NCBI GenBank assembly: GCA_002633005.1
Contig: NMRA01001063.1
Location: forward strand, 1-61,331
Source: Phoronis australis
Lineage: Eukaryota; Animalia; Phoronida
DNA length: 61,331 nt
Direction: 5' to 3'
The notes below the pieces were generated by a model, which saw only the letters and a list, made by a program, of their open reading frames with translations, was not told where the DNA came from and searched no databases. The translations under genes and the position numbers were made by a program. This document shows positions 48,879-61,331 of this stretch, piece after piece; position 1 is the first letter of the stretch, and the number at the start of each line of letters is the position of its first letter.

Positions 48879-51800
48879 TTAAAGTATGAAAAAATGTTAA
48901 TTAACGGCCAAAGTAATCCTTGATATAGCTGAAAATAGCCAGAAATCCATCGTTATTTTGTTTCACTGAAACATTACATGTTTTTAATACACATGGCGTT
49001 TAATCAAATCACACATTTAATTGAAATTAATGTTTTTTCATGATTCTAACATGTATTTCCCCAAGCTGAAAAATTGAAAATTAGATGTAGTTGGGTGTAG
49101 TTTGCTCATCATAGACAACACCTAACCCGAGCATCATGTAGTGAAAGTATGTGGGTAAAGGACACTTCGCAAGACAATTTGTCAATGAAGTGTCCGGCAT
49201 AAGTGTCTCTGTCGCACTTGAGTTCAAAAAACGGTGTTAAAATTCAGTTATCCACGAAGTGGCAAACATAGAACAAAAATAATTGAATTTGTAAACGTAA
49301 TAAACTAATTCGTGTAACGAAACTTCCGTTGATATCGTCTTGCTAAACATAAATCAGTGATCATGGATTGCCGTTGGCCGGCGTAGCAGACGATGCAATA
49401 ATCCAGTCCATGCAGACGAATCTGAGATGGTTAACAATTCAATATCGTCGTTTTGGCGCAAGGCTATGGTTGATTAAACAGTTGGATGTCACGCCCTGCA
49501 GTATGATTTACAATATCTTTTGTAAACTCGGACACAATAAAATGAATGAAGCAGAAATCTTACTGTATCTTACTTCATTAGCGAGCTATGGCGCATTCCC
49601 ATTTTAGAATATACATATCGAAGTCGTTGCCTGGTCCCCAGCTGTATTAAGTATTTGTGCATTGTCGGATAACCAGGCAGAGACGAGGTACGGAAGGGGA
49701 TTGGGGATTGAATGGTTGTTTAACTTGGGAACAAATCAAGATCCCATTGTAAATTTTTTTACTTTCGATCCACAAAAGGCGAAACGTGCAGCGTGACTTG
49801 TACTTATTCATTATTAGGCCTACTAGCGATCATTTTTACTTACGATTCATTTTACTAGCGATTTTTGCGTGGCGGTGAAGTTTCCCCGTCAGGATTAGGT
49901 TTGTGGCGGTCCATTTGAGCATGTCGTGAACACGTCCACTAAAACAAGAAACTCTAGGAACACCGCATTTATCCACCTTCACTCTGATCAGGCTTCTATT
50001 GTGAGTCAGCATGCGTGAATAATTGGCTGATAAGCCACCTCTGGAACTACTTTTGGCTGAATGGATGACCAGGCCATAAAATGATAATTAGCCAAGACCA
50101 GTTACTATAATGCAACAAAGAATAATGTCTTGCATCACCTAGCCTTGGTGGAAAGCTGTATACTGCATTGGCTCAAACAAACGCTTAGAAAAATTCATTT
50201 CACGGGGAGGGGACGCTTATTGTAGTGAGCCTACGGCAGTTGAAACCCGGTTTCCCAAACGGGTAAAATCGGAAGCTAGGATTCATCAAATTTACGCTCT
50301 GNNNNNNNNNNNNNNNNNNNNNNNNNNNNNNNNNNNNNNNNNNNNNNNNNNNNNNNNNNNNNNNNNNNNNNNNNNNNNNNNNNNNNNNNNNNNNNNNNNN
50401 NNNNNNNNNNNNNNNNNNNNNNNNNNNNNNNNNNNNNNNNNNNNNNNNNNNNNNNNNNNNNNNNNNNNNNNNNNNNNNNNNNNNNNNNNNNNNNNNNNNN
50501 NNNNNNNNNNNNNNNNNNNNNNNNNNNNNNNNNNNNNNNNNNNNNNNNNNNNNNNNNNNNNNNNNNNNNNNNNNNNNNNNNNNNNNNNNNNNNNNNNNNN
50601 NNNNNNNNNNNNNNNNNNNNNNNNNNNNNNNNNNNNNNNNNNNNNNNNNNNNNNNNNNNNNNNNNNNNNNNNNNNNNNNNNNNNNNNNNNNNNNNNNNNN
50701 NNNNNNNNNNNNNNNNNNNNNNNNNNNNNNNNNNNNGTGTTGCTGTGTTGCAAAATCTCTTATCCTGGGCCGATTTGAAAAATTCAAAGTTGTACTCATA
50801 TTTGTTTTCGCTCCTCTTTTCAAATATTACAGTAAAAACTACGTAAAACTCTCTCCATAAAAAGTACAGTCTGCTAGCTAGATTGTAAGCAGCTGATCAT
50901 ATCCGCATGAGCGAAGCCAATTATCCTCGCTCGTGACTCGATGACCAGAGCAGCTTGGCGGCATCCCTTTGATCGTGAGCCGAGCGCGACTCAGCCAAGG
51001 TGGATAAATATGGTCTAGTTCAATTTTCCATACCCCACCGTTTACCTTAACCACTGGGGTTAGGACCAATCTTATTTAGTGGGAATGTTCATAGCATGGA
51101 ATGATTTACGAGTGGCGGGGCCAAAAAGGAGCGTGGCGGGTGAAAGTGCCTTCGCTAAAGTGTAAATTCGAGAATTAAAAAAGGTGCTGTCGACGGAAAT
51201 AACGGCATCTTGTCAAAGAAGAGAGCAGTAGGTATCAAAGAACCCATGTGTGGGTGGTGTGCATTTTTGCGCGCTTGAATTACACATAGGCCTCTATATA
51301 GGTCTAAATTTGTAGCTGTTTTTGGCCCGTGGAGGCAAGGCATTCAAAAGTTCCTTAAAAATACCAAAATACGTCATTCTGAATTATTTTTGGCAAAGTG
51401 TTTTAATTCCCATGGAAACATAGGGCATTTTCAACAGTCGCGCACAAGGGGTTAGGCCATTTTATCACAAAATTTAGTTATTCGTTATATATTTACAAAG
51501 TGACGAAAGACAAAACTAATTATTATATTTTTGTAGCTAATTCACCCCAAGTGATATATATATACTATATCAAATTTAAAATTCGTGACATGTCATGTTC
51601 ACATAATATTGCAAATGGCCTGACGTTCTCATGCAGTAACTCTTTTAAGCATTATTTTTGCACACCCTTTAAGTGGTTACTAAAGGCACCAATACAATGG
51701 CTTATGAATGCCAGTTCCGCAGAGCAGACCATAGAGTAGTAACCTGTCAGACTCAGTTGTGAGCATGGTTTGTAATAGTGGATCTCAGGAGTAGTGTTAC

Positions 51801-52904
51801 GTTGTTGTGGAAATCTCTTTCATCAAGTTTGTTAACCGTATGAAGCCTGCGATGTTGGGCACCATTGACAGACTTTTCTTCCTTGACCAAAGATCCCTTT
51901 TACCAAAAAATGAGAACGTTCTCGTCGGAAGGATTTTCGCAGTGCAAGAAACCAGTAGTAAAATGTCTGTTTTTAAGCAGGGTTGCCTATTTAAGTTATG
52001 TGTACTTTGTTTAAAAGAATGAAAACGCACACATCACATGCATGTCAATCCACCGATGACACCAAAGCATGCACTGGATGAACAACATATTCGAAAATCA
52101 CTTTCAATTCGAAAATTAAAAAAGCCTGCATATCATTATCTGTAGGCAACTATACTGAAAAAACAAGTAACAAACCTATCTTGTGCTGTTTTATTGGCTG
52201 GTCGATTTTAAGCCATTTACACGCTACTTTTGGGGACATTTAGTTCTAGGCCTGTGTTACCCTGTTGATGTCACAACGCGCGTTAAGCTTGATAGTCGGT
52301 TATTATAACTGTTCGTAACGTAAAGCATCCTCTAATCGTCGTCTGCACGAACCTGTCATCTGGTACGCAAACACATGGTCACTTGGTGAAGTCGGCCGGG
52401 TACGGCCCAAAAGATTACGTAAAGCGCTTGCATTCAGAACCAACTTTGAAATTATCAGCAACTTGGATATTATTTTAGTTGGTACCGTAGTACCAGTAAT
52501 AATGACAACAATTTTGTTGATATTGTTGTTCATCTATATATCCTATGCGTAACGCCTGGTGGAGATGGATATTTTCCTGGCTACGGGTCTGCAATCGGGG
52601 GATTTGATTTACATACAGTAGCAGGTCATCCAGCCAAGCTGGCAACAAATGCCAACCTTTTGACGACTAGGCATCACAGCACTCAAAAATATCACTGGAA
52701 ACAGGCTGAATTATGGCAGACGGACATTGTCTACACAGTATATGATTCCAGCAAAGAGTATTTTATGTGTAACGGGGGCGGTATCTACGACCAAGGCACC
52801 CCGATTTTGCGAGCCCGGTGCGGACTGAGGGTGATATTGAAAACTAAAAGTTGGCGAATAATACATAGGTTTATTGTAAGAATATATAACTACAATATTT
52901 CACA

Positions 52905-53573
52905 CGGTTTAAGTCGCAGACCGGCCTCCCGCAACCGTAGAAAAACTGCTCGGAGATCGCAGAGGGCGTCGTCGAAAGTCTTTGCAAAGACCAGGATGTC
53001 GTCAATATACAGTAAACACCTGTCCCATTGCATTCCCGCAAAAACCTTCTCTACCAGCCGCTCAAAACTGGATGGTGCATTTGCCAGATCAAAAGGCATA
53101 GACGTGAACTCAAAAAGACCCCTATGATGGGCGAATGCAGTCTTTGACCTGTCTTTCTTGGCCATTGGCACCTGCCAATATCCACTGGCGATGTCAAGGG
53201 TGGCAAACCATGACATGCCCGCGAGGGAATCTAGGCAGGTGTCTATGCGTGGGAGAGGATAGGCATATTTCCTGGTCACTGCGTTCAACGTCCGGTAGTC
53301 TACACAGAATCGGTAGCTGGAGTCTCTCTTTCGCACCATCACGATCTGCGAGGCCCATGGCGAATCACTTGGTTCGATAACACCAGCAGCCAGCATCTTG
53401 TCGATCTCCGCATCGGCGATCTCCCGCTCAGCTATAGGTAACCGTCGAGGAGCCTGTTTAATTGGAAGATGATCGCCTGTGTTGATGGTGTGCTCGACCA
53501 GCGTAGTCCTCCCAAGCTCGCCATTGGGACCGGCGAAAACATCTGAAAACTCGGCCACAAGTTTCCGCACCAA
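52905..53573 (-). pseudogene. pol: Gypsy reverse transcriptase, truncated at LRLKP
   Basis: IEPSDSPWAS, RFCVDYRTLN, YPLPRID, LDIASGYWQ, MPF.L.NAP, YIDD motifs. Confidence 0.95.
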
Positions 53574-54607
53574 GAGTCTGCTGTAGAGTCAACCGCTCAC
53601 TTGCGTCCTTAATTACAGGTTCCAAATGAGGCGGAAGATGGACAGTAACTTCGCTGACAAACGTCCCCTCAGAAACGGACCTTGGAACTATGACACGGCA
53701 AAGTGCCCTCTTCTCCGACAAAAGATTGATCGACTTTCCACAGAAGTTTAAAACGTCACCCTCCGGAGCTGCACTCAAATTACAAAAATTATTTTTCAAA
53801 AAGTCTAATCCAAGAATCACCTGAGGATTGGCGTCGGCGACAACAAATCGCTGCTTCAGTCGCAAGCCTGCTACGTCAAAATCAGCCACCACGCAACTGT
53901 AATCATTAATACGCGCCCCACTTGCGCCTGACAATGAAATGAGAGTGGGTTCTAAACTACTTATATGTGAACTACTTAACTCAAAAACGTCTCTAGACAT
54001 AAGAGAACAAGGAGAACCGCCGTCTATTAAAGCGGGAAACTTTTCTCCAAACAAATCCACAAAGACAAACGAACATTCTGCAAACCCGGTCGAGGCCTTG
54101 GCCGCGGACCCGACCGGTCCTAGTTTGACGACTGATTACAATCTGATTTACAAGTGTTCCCCTTCCTTTCCAGGGGACATTTTCTGGCGATGTGTCCCTC
54201 CTGCCCACAGTTGTAACAGCGGATNTCCACAGAGGTGTAAAACGTCACCCTCCGGAGCTGCACTCAAATTACAAAAATTATTTTTCAAAAAGTCTAATCC
54301 ATGAATCACCTGAGGATTGACGTCGGCGACAACAAATCGCTGCTTCAGTCGCAAGCCTGCTACGTCAAAATCAGCCACCACGCAACCGTAATCATGAATA
54401 CGCGCCCCACCTGCGCCTGACAATGAAATGAGAGTGGGTTCTAAACTACTTATATGTGAACTACTTAACTCAAAAACGTCTCTAGACATAAGAGAGCAAG
54501 GCGAACCGCCGTCTATTAAAGCGGGAAACTTTTCTCCAAACAAATCCACAAAACAAAAGAACATTCTGCAAACCCGGTCGAGTCCTTGGCCGCGGACCCG
54601 ACCGGTC
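53574..54607 (-). pseudogene. Gypsy aspartic protease region, present twice in tandem (~486-bp duplication)
   Basis: ALIDGGS..S and VILGLDFL motifs in both copies; the catalytic triplet reads DGG instead of D(T/S)G; single N at the junction (54225). Confidence 0.85.
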
Positions 54608-55066
54608 CTAGTTTGGCGACTCATTAGCATCTGATTTACAAGTGTTCCCCTTCTTTTCCTGGGGACATTTTCTGGCGATGTGTCTCTCCTGCCCACAGTT
54701 GTAACAGCGGATTGGTTCCCGGGGCTTTCGGTCGCTGAGCTGGCGCTGAACATCCGCTAATGCCCTCTTTATCTCTGCCATGTCAGCATGGTCCGGCCTG
54801 TTGGTTGGACGCTCCCGCATGGTCATGACTCGTGTGTCGGGGCAGGGAGCCACATCCGAAGTTTTGTTTTTCCGGCTGCACCAGGTCCCCTCAAATGCCT
54901 CGAACTCGAGTGCATGAGAAATCGCTATGTCCACGGACAGTGGCCTCTGAAACTGTACGTGCCTCCGCAGCGCCTGGTCGTTGAGCCCAGCTATAAATTG
55001 GTCTACGACCAAAACTTCACGGGCGTCACTGGCTAACTCAGGGAATGCCAATGACGCTAGCCGTTT
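54608..55066 (-). CDS. gag: Gypsy Gag C-terminus with CCHC zinc knuckle (5' part lies in an N gap)
   Basis: LASLAFP...DQFIAGL capsid-like motif; CYNCGQERHIARKC. Confidence 0.9.
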   Translation of the reverse strand, partial: KRLASLAFPELASDAREVLVVDQFIAGLNDQALRRHVQFQRPLSVDIAISHALEFEAFEGTWCSRKNKTSDVAPCPDTRVMTMRERPTNRPDHADMAEIKRALADVQRQLSDRKPREPIRCYNCGQERHIARKCPQEKKGNTCKSDANESPN

Positions 55067-56522
55067 NNNNNNNNNNNNNNNNNNNNNNNNNNNNNNNNNN
55101 NNNNNNNNNNNNNNNNNNNNNNNNNNNNNNNNNNNNNNNNNNNNNNNNNNNNNNNNNNNNNNNNNNNNNNNNNNNNNNNNNNNNNNNNNNNNNNNNNNNN
55201 NNNNNNNNNNNNNNNNNNNNNNNNNNNNNNNNNNNNNNNNNNNNNNNNNNNNNNNNNNNNNNNNNNNNNNNNNNNNNNNNNNNNNNNNNNNNNNNNNNNN
55301 NNNNNNNNNNNNNNNNNNNNNNNNNNNNNNNNNNNNNNNNNNNNNNNNNNNNNNNNNNNNNNNNNNNNNNNNNNNNNNNNNNNNNNNNNNNNNNNNNNNN
55401 NNNNNNNNNNNNNNNNNNNNNNNNNNNNNNNNNNNNNNNNNNNNNNNNNNNNNNNNNNNNNNNNNNNNNNNNNNNNNNNNNNNNNNNNNNNNNNNNNNNN
55501 NNNNNNNNNNNNNNNNNNNNNNNNNNNNNNNNNNNNNNNNNNNNNNNNNNNNNNNNNNNNNNNNNNNNNNNNNNNNNNNNNNNNNNNNNNNNNNNNNGGG
55601 GGCGGTATCTACGACCAAGGCGCCCCGATTTTACGAGCCCGGTGCGGACTGAGGGTGATGTTGAAAACTAAAAGTTGGTGAATAATACATAGGTTTATTG
55701 TAAGAATATATAACTACAATATTCCACACTTACAAGCAATCCAGTTGTTCCATGATTTAGTATCGCAGCGTTGTGATTTATACAGTTCTGATACACGGGC
55801 AAGCCAGTCGCTGATTAATAGTTGTGTGTGCAAGAACGGGGCAATTTGGTTATTCAGATCCGAAAGGTGAGATGCAATCAAGCTCGGGAGGAGCCCGAGA
55901 ATTGCATGGGGCTAAACTGTTGGCAACCAAGTTCGGGAGGAGCCCGAAAGCTGCACAAACAGTTGCAATTTGGTGTGAGTGAAGGTGTACATGTTTGCTT
56001 CTTGAACTCTGCGACTGGACTCCTCGTGTCTGACAGAGACAAAGCTTAAGTACACAATTTCAACCAATCAGACACGATCTGAAGGGCAAGGCCCTTAGCT
56101 CCTAGCTTCTGACCATATTTGGCCATGTCCAAAGGACTCAACATCATAGGAAAATTCCATACGTAATACACAGCTTGACCACTAGAGGGCGCATATATCT
56201 CACTTACATAATCATGTCCAGGGCACTCCTGTTACAATATTATTAGTCTCATTTAGTTTTCACTGCATTGTATGCATGACACTTGATGAACTGATTTTTG
56301 AAATGTTTCTGGTTTTTAAGATTTTGATATTTCACTTATGTTCACTTATTATAAGGAACTAGTGTATTTTAGGAAGTGCATTTTATTTTCTCCAATTAAT
56401 CACTGTTAATGAAATGTTAATAGAACTATAGTTTGTAAAATCTTTATGAGAATCATTAAATTTGTTACTGTACTCCACTCTTCTTTTAGTGAAAATCGAA
56501 ATTTTCGAATGCCTGTCCAATT

Positions 56523-56758
56523 GAAACTTATTGCTTTTAGAAAACTTCAGTTTTCAAAAGTTAGTTCCTTGAAAGCTTATGTTCGGAAAACTTAGTTTTC
56601 AAAACTTAAGTTTTGATGACTTATGTTTGTTACTAAAAACTTGTTCCAAAACTTAAGTTTTTCAAAAACCTAAGTTTCTGAAACTTAAGTTTTCCAAAAA
56701 CTTAAGTATTTTGGAACAAGTTTTTTGGAACGAACTTAAGTTTTTAGAACTTAAGTTT
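56523..56758. repeat. Array of the palindromic unit AAAACTTAAGTTTT
   Basis: About 12 degenerate copies of a self-complementary 14-mer. Confidence 0.8.
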
Positions 56759-57991
56759 GCAGAATGTTGCTCGACATTATGCAAATGGTTTCAAGCGGTT
56801 ACCTGGCGCGTTGATATAGCTCAACTCAGGTACTTGGGCGTGTCTGGCGGGGATAATCCACCAATAGATTTGTCTGGCATTATTTATTCTTAATACCTGG
56901 GCTTACGGCGAATATTTTGCAACTGGTTTTATGTGGTTGCCNNNNNNNNNNNNNNNNNNNNNNNNNNNNNNNNNNNNNNNNNNNNNNNNNNNNNNNNNNN
57001 NNNNNNNNNNNNNNNNNNNNNNNNNNNNNNNNNNNNNNNNNNNNNNNNNNNNNNNNNNNNNNNNNNNNNNNNNCAGTGACCAATTTTGATACAATGGATG
57101 ACGTAGCAGGTATCAAAGGCAGTTTTAAGTGGTTACCAGAAAAGTTGATCTAGCTCAATTTTTGAGTGTAATTCTCTTGGCTCCCCTGACCACACCCACC
57201 AGAGCGAACCTGCCAGACGGCCATTTCCAAGCATCAGGATACCCACAGAGCACTGTGGCACCAAAGAAAATTGGTTACCTTTTCATGCCCAAAAAAGCTC
57301 TGGGATCCCGGTCTATCAGTTAAGGAATGATTTTCCGCGCAGAGTTATCTAAATGAGTTAGGCAGATTACACAGAAAACAGGTAAACAGTTAAAACTTTG
57401 ATCACCAACATCAAAGCATTGTTACCGGCTCCTTAGTCCGCTCTTTTCTTAACTACACTGCAAGAGGTAGGTTTACAGCACACCATGGCCGAGGGATTAA
57501 CTGTGATTATGGAGGACCGCTACTCTCTTAGTTTGGAAGTTAGGGCCTACTCCTCAAAGGAATTGATGTCAACAACAAACCTGAATATCAAATTCAACCA
57601 AAACATTTACTCTCGTTGGTCAGAGTCACTCGGTGTAGTGTGATTGGCAATTCTGTGGACTGTTTCTGCCCCAGTACAATAAAATGTGACAGTATGCGGT
57701 GGATCGAACAGATTACAATGTCGAAGCGAATTCTGACCCTTGGGAGCAGCCACTATATGTGTTGCGAGAGCCGTCGACGAAAGGCTTCACCGTCGACGAA
57801 AGGCTTCACCTTCGACTTGCGTTTGATCCTGTTGTCATGATGGTCACTATTTACATGAACTCCATGTGGAATTCAGTTTCTGGCCAGACGTCGTCATTCT
57901 GCACGTCAGTGAGTGGGAATGATTTGTCCACGGACGAACCGCCCCACGTTCACAGGTGTCTTGTTCGGTTGGTTCCCCGTCTGGTGTGCGG

Positions 57992-58245
57992 GCAAGCTTG
58001 CGCGTTATAGGAATCCCGATTTTTTAACGAGTTTTCCCTCAAGTATTCTTTAAAATTCCTATCAGACTCAGATTCCTATAACGCTCAGACTTGCGCAATA
58101 TAGGAATCCCGATTTTTTACGAGTTTTCCCTCAAATATTCTTTAAAACGCCTATCAGGATCGGATTCCCATAACGCGCAAGCTTGCGCGTTATAGGAATT
58201 TCGATTTTTGAACGGAGTTTCTTTATAAATCTTTAAAATGCCTAT
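57992..58245. repeat. ~92-bp tandem repeat (~2.7 copies) with self-complementary unit ends
   Basis: GCGTTATAGGAATC...GATTCCTATAACGC in each unit; junction palindrome GCGCAAGCTTGCGC. Confidence 0.85.
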
Positions 58246-59544
58246 ATCTTGTACATTCCTCTTTAATGATGTCTAAAATGTCAACACCACTGAATTGCAC
58301 GAGTCGGGTGACGCATCATGTGTTTTCAGACTTTTTTAGGCGTCCTGTCATCCGTCCTGGGATTCCCTTACGGGGCCGTAATAGTATATTTGATAAATTG
58401 ATTACAATTCTGGACCACAAACTAAAAACATTATGAGTGCCATGTTGCCAATATTATTGAACAGCACTTAGAAGACAATTGAAAATTGCGAGATAACAAA
58501 TTGGTTCAATTGTCTCAATAATTTCTGATTGTTTCATTGCGACAAGTTGTGAAAATATCAAGTGAGTGAAAAAATTAGGTTTCAACCAAACATACAAAAT
58601 GATTCTTGGACAGAGGTTTTTCCCCACTGCTGTCTTGTTAATAAACACACCCATTAATAAGGGGTTATTAATTTTTCTTTTAAGTTTTCAGGGTTGACCA
58701 GTACCATAGCATGATTTTATTTTAAAGTGCAGTATGGGAAATGTGTTTATATCCTAGTTTAGGAGTCTTTGAAAGAGCATCCTTGTCTTGCAAAATGCAC
58801 ATTTCCAAGTATCTGCTCATCATTGGCATGGTAAAGAAAATAGCAGTAGTTCTGAGACATTCTTATTATTAAACTTCCAAATATACATTAGAAGTAAACT
58901 TTTGAAATTCATCTGCCATGCCTTTGACTTGGAAGATTCCCAGTGTGTGATTCTAGCCAATATCCTGAAATATAAAGAAAGTTTATGTTGTCAAAAGTTA
59001 TCAAGAAAACAACATGATGACAGAAGAAAGCTTTATATTTTAAGGTAAACATGTATGTTATCTCACATATTCTATCAAGAATTGATTTCACCAGGGAATG
59101 TCCCAACGACACCAAAGATCAAGCTAGGATATTGCAGTAGAAGTATACCTATGTGTGTAGGATAACCTAGTAAGATTATCTGTGAAAGTGTTGAATAACT
59201 ATTGAAGTTTGATTTCATAACAAATTGTTAAGAATTTTCAGTTTGTGACATATACAAGTGAAAACACTGAACCATAAAATAATATAAAAGTTCGGGGCAA
59301 ACTTAGGAACAATCCATGCAGAAATATAACAAGGGCAATTTTCATAATGATCTTTTGCACGGTTTGGCAAATACAGAAGCAGGCGACAAGCACAGACTAA
59401 AAAATAATTAAAATGGCTACTAGCTGGGGCAGAATACGTCAAATGCATCACAAAAAGGAAAGCTGTTGTCATCTTAATAAAAATGTGTTTGCCAAATTTC
59501 ATGAACAAGCATAAAAATTCAGAAGTTACAAAGGCAAACGTAAA

Positions 59545-60310
59545 AAAGAAAATTGCCACTAGGGAAAACAGCAGAAGTTGGATTGGGAGGACAGTGTCAT
59601 CTCAGTAGTTGAAAATCATCGTCAGCCCTCCTCACCACATTAGGAACATACATGCCAATTTCCACAATCATCCTTAGAAAAAAAACAGACTCTAAAATAG
59701 TAAAAATGGCCACTAGGTGGCACAAAATAACTCTGATCAAACCTAAAAGCAGAGGAAAGCGTCACCACACTAACAGATGCCTAGCTGCCAAATTTTAAGG
59801 AAAATCCGGTGAGGACCTTGAAGATACAGAGGTAAAATAAAATAAAATTGCCAATAGGGGCACACTGGTAGTTCGGTCCCTCCGAATGTCGACGTAGTCC
59901 GTTTTCAACTTCACATCAATACACTAGCCACCCTTTTCATAGTAAGAACATACATGCCAATTTCCACAATCACCCTAGGGCAGTTTGGTTAATAGAAGGG
60001 CGCACACAAAAACAGTAAAAATGCCAACCAGGTGGCGCAAAGTACATCTAATCCATCCAAAAACAAGAAGATAGCGTCATCTCACTAATAGTTACCTAAC
60101 TGCCACATTTTACGAAAATCCTCCGAAGATACAGACTGAGGTAAGTGTAAAAAACTAAAATTGTCACTAGGGAGTACACAAGTGGTCGGAGAGGTTCGAA
60201 ATTTGCTCTCATCTATTGTCAGCTTCACAGAAACACATCTGCCAAATCTCATCAAGACCCTGTGAGGGGTTTAGGAGATACAGCAGCAGACGCAGGATGC
60301 CCATACAAGA
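59545..60310 (+). repeat. Non-autonomous element with ~300-bp direct subrepeats
   Basis: gaacatacatgccaatttccacaatca at ~59644 and ~59946; gaagatacaga at ~59820 and ~60126; recurring ccactagRKggc motif. Confidence 0.6.
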
Positions 60311-61331
60311 GATGACAGCAATATGCACTCACATACAAATATGTAGGCGCATAAAAGCACATAATTGATATTATGTTGCACTTTCCAGTTAACATCTTAG
60401 TTCTCAGTGTAGCTATACTGTATGCATACATAACAAAACATTTTCGCTTGATTTGAATTAGAGTTTTGGCGATTCTGTTAGGGGTACTATTTAGTCGGCA
60501 ATTGAGCTGCCATCCCCATGGCTCTGGCTCAATCATTTGCGCTATATATGCCGGCCATACAGCAGCAGAAGCGTGCAGAGGCTTAGTGATGCTGGATGTA
60601 AATTCTTTCTTCTTTTATACTCTCAAAACCGGGAATTCTTGTAAGTTCGGTCAAGCTCTTATTTTTTGTTTAAAACACAATTTATTAAACATATTAAGTA
60701 AATACTCATTAAAATACAATAACTGAGATAAAAGAGTAATCCAGTCTTCTATTTGAGCTAAAAATGTAATTTGTTGTTTCAGAATGTCAAGTAACATTAT
60801 CTTCAACTGTCGATTCTGAGGACAATTGTTCGATAATCCTCCTAAATAATGTCAAATTGTCGAAAACGGGTGAATAATCATTCAAAGTTAGGAACTGGAC
60901 TTATAGACCTAATTCACGCGGCGGACATTAAAATCCAAAGCGAGGCTCACTGCGATAAACAAAGTGGAAGATGACATTGCGTGAGTTACATTGCCGGTCT
61001 TTAGAGTCTAAGCTGGATATTAAATCTTTAGAATGTGTCGATCATTAACCACAGAGATGTCGAAAACTACATTAGAGAACAAGTCAATGCACCAAAGAGT
61101 TGTCTGACGAAAGTTTTTTTCGGAAAACAAGGTTCGAAACATGAAAAGTAAATGTGACCAAATTTCGACAATCACAGTGTTACGGATTAGGTATCATGCT
61201 GAATGCAGGGTTACGGTTCTTCTTGTAAATTGTTGATAAAAATGCTTTCTACGCAAACCAGGTCATCTGCTCGTATTGTTGACGAGTTGAAGATATATTC
61301 GACAGTGGTGGCTCATCGCATTTTGCTGCCG

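Larger units (their letters stand above)
52768..55728 (-). mobile_element. Truncated Ty3/Gypsy LTR retrotransposon with ~137-bp LTRs
   Basis: Near-identical LTRs at 52768-52904 and <55598-55728 (TG...CA, TATATA and AATAAA on -); gag-pro-RT order; no RNase H or integrase. Confidence 0.92.

Noticed and set aside
53740-54712. Biologically duplicated Gypsy protease
   Set aside because: An N at the junction and near-identical copies point to a contig-overlap or haplotype-merge artefact; reads are needed to confirm.
50200-57153. Long X-containing ORFs (also 24912-25325)
   Set aside because: They are open only because they span N gaps; only the gag part is supported.
60783-60980. Candidate downstream exon (tttcAG ... 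GTGAGT)
   Set aside because: All three frames contain stops between the acceptor and the donor.

Overview
Eukaryotic genomic DNA, probably an invertebrate metazoan given the TTAGGG repeats, with seven N gaps. It falls into two domains. (1) 1-16990 is a composite repeat block in which a 10-bp satellite (GGCCTCCACT, switching to GGCCTCCAGT after ~8210) alternates with degenerate TTAGGG tracts. The G-rich strand points towards the unique DNA, and the block ends abruptly in a hairpin followed by ACTACT, which resembles a Polinton/Maverick terminus. Two different solo LTRs sit in the TTAGGG tracts and both carry perfect heat-shock elements. (2) 17-61 kb holds a + strand multi-exon gene with a CRE-TATA-Inr promoter, a signal-peptide-like first exon, two 21-nt microexons and acidic, dibasic-site exons, suggesting a granin- or prohormone-like product. 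It also holds a 288-aa orphan ORF on the - strand and many nested mobile elements: an internally deleted Kolobok (THAP transposase plus a KolX/P2X7-ballast-like ORF), a non-autonomous Kolobok, two hAT-like elements (one containing a decayed ISL2EU-like element), a Penelope remnant with hammerhead ribozyme motifs and a nested solo LTR, a P-type MITE and a truncated Gypsy element. Most ORFs in the supplied track are repeat or N-gap artefacts. All family assignments come from motif recognition by eye, not database searches.
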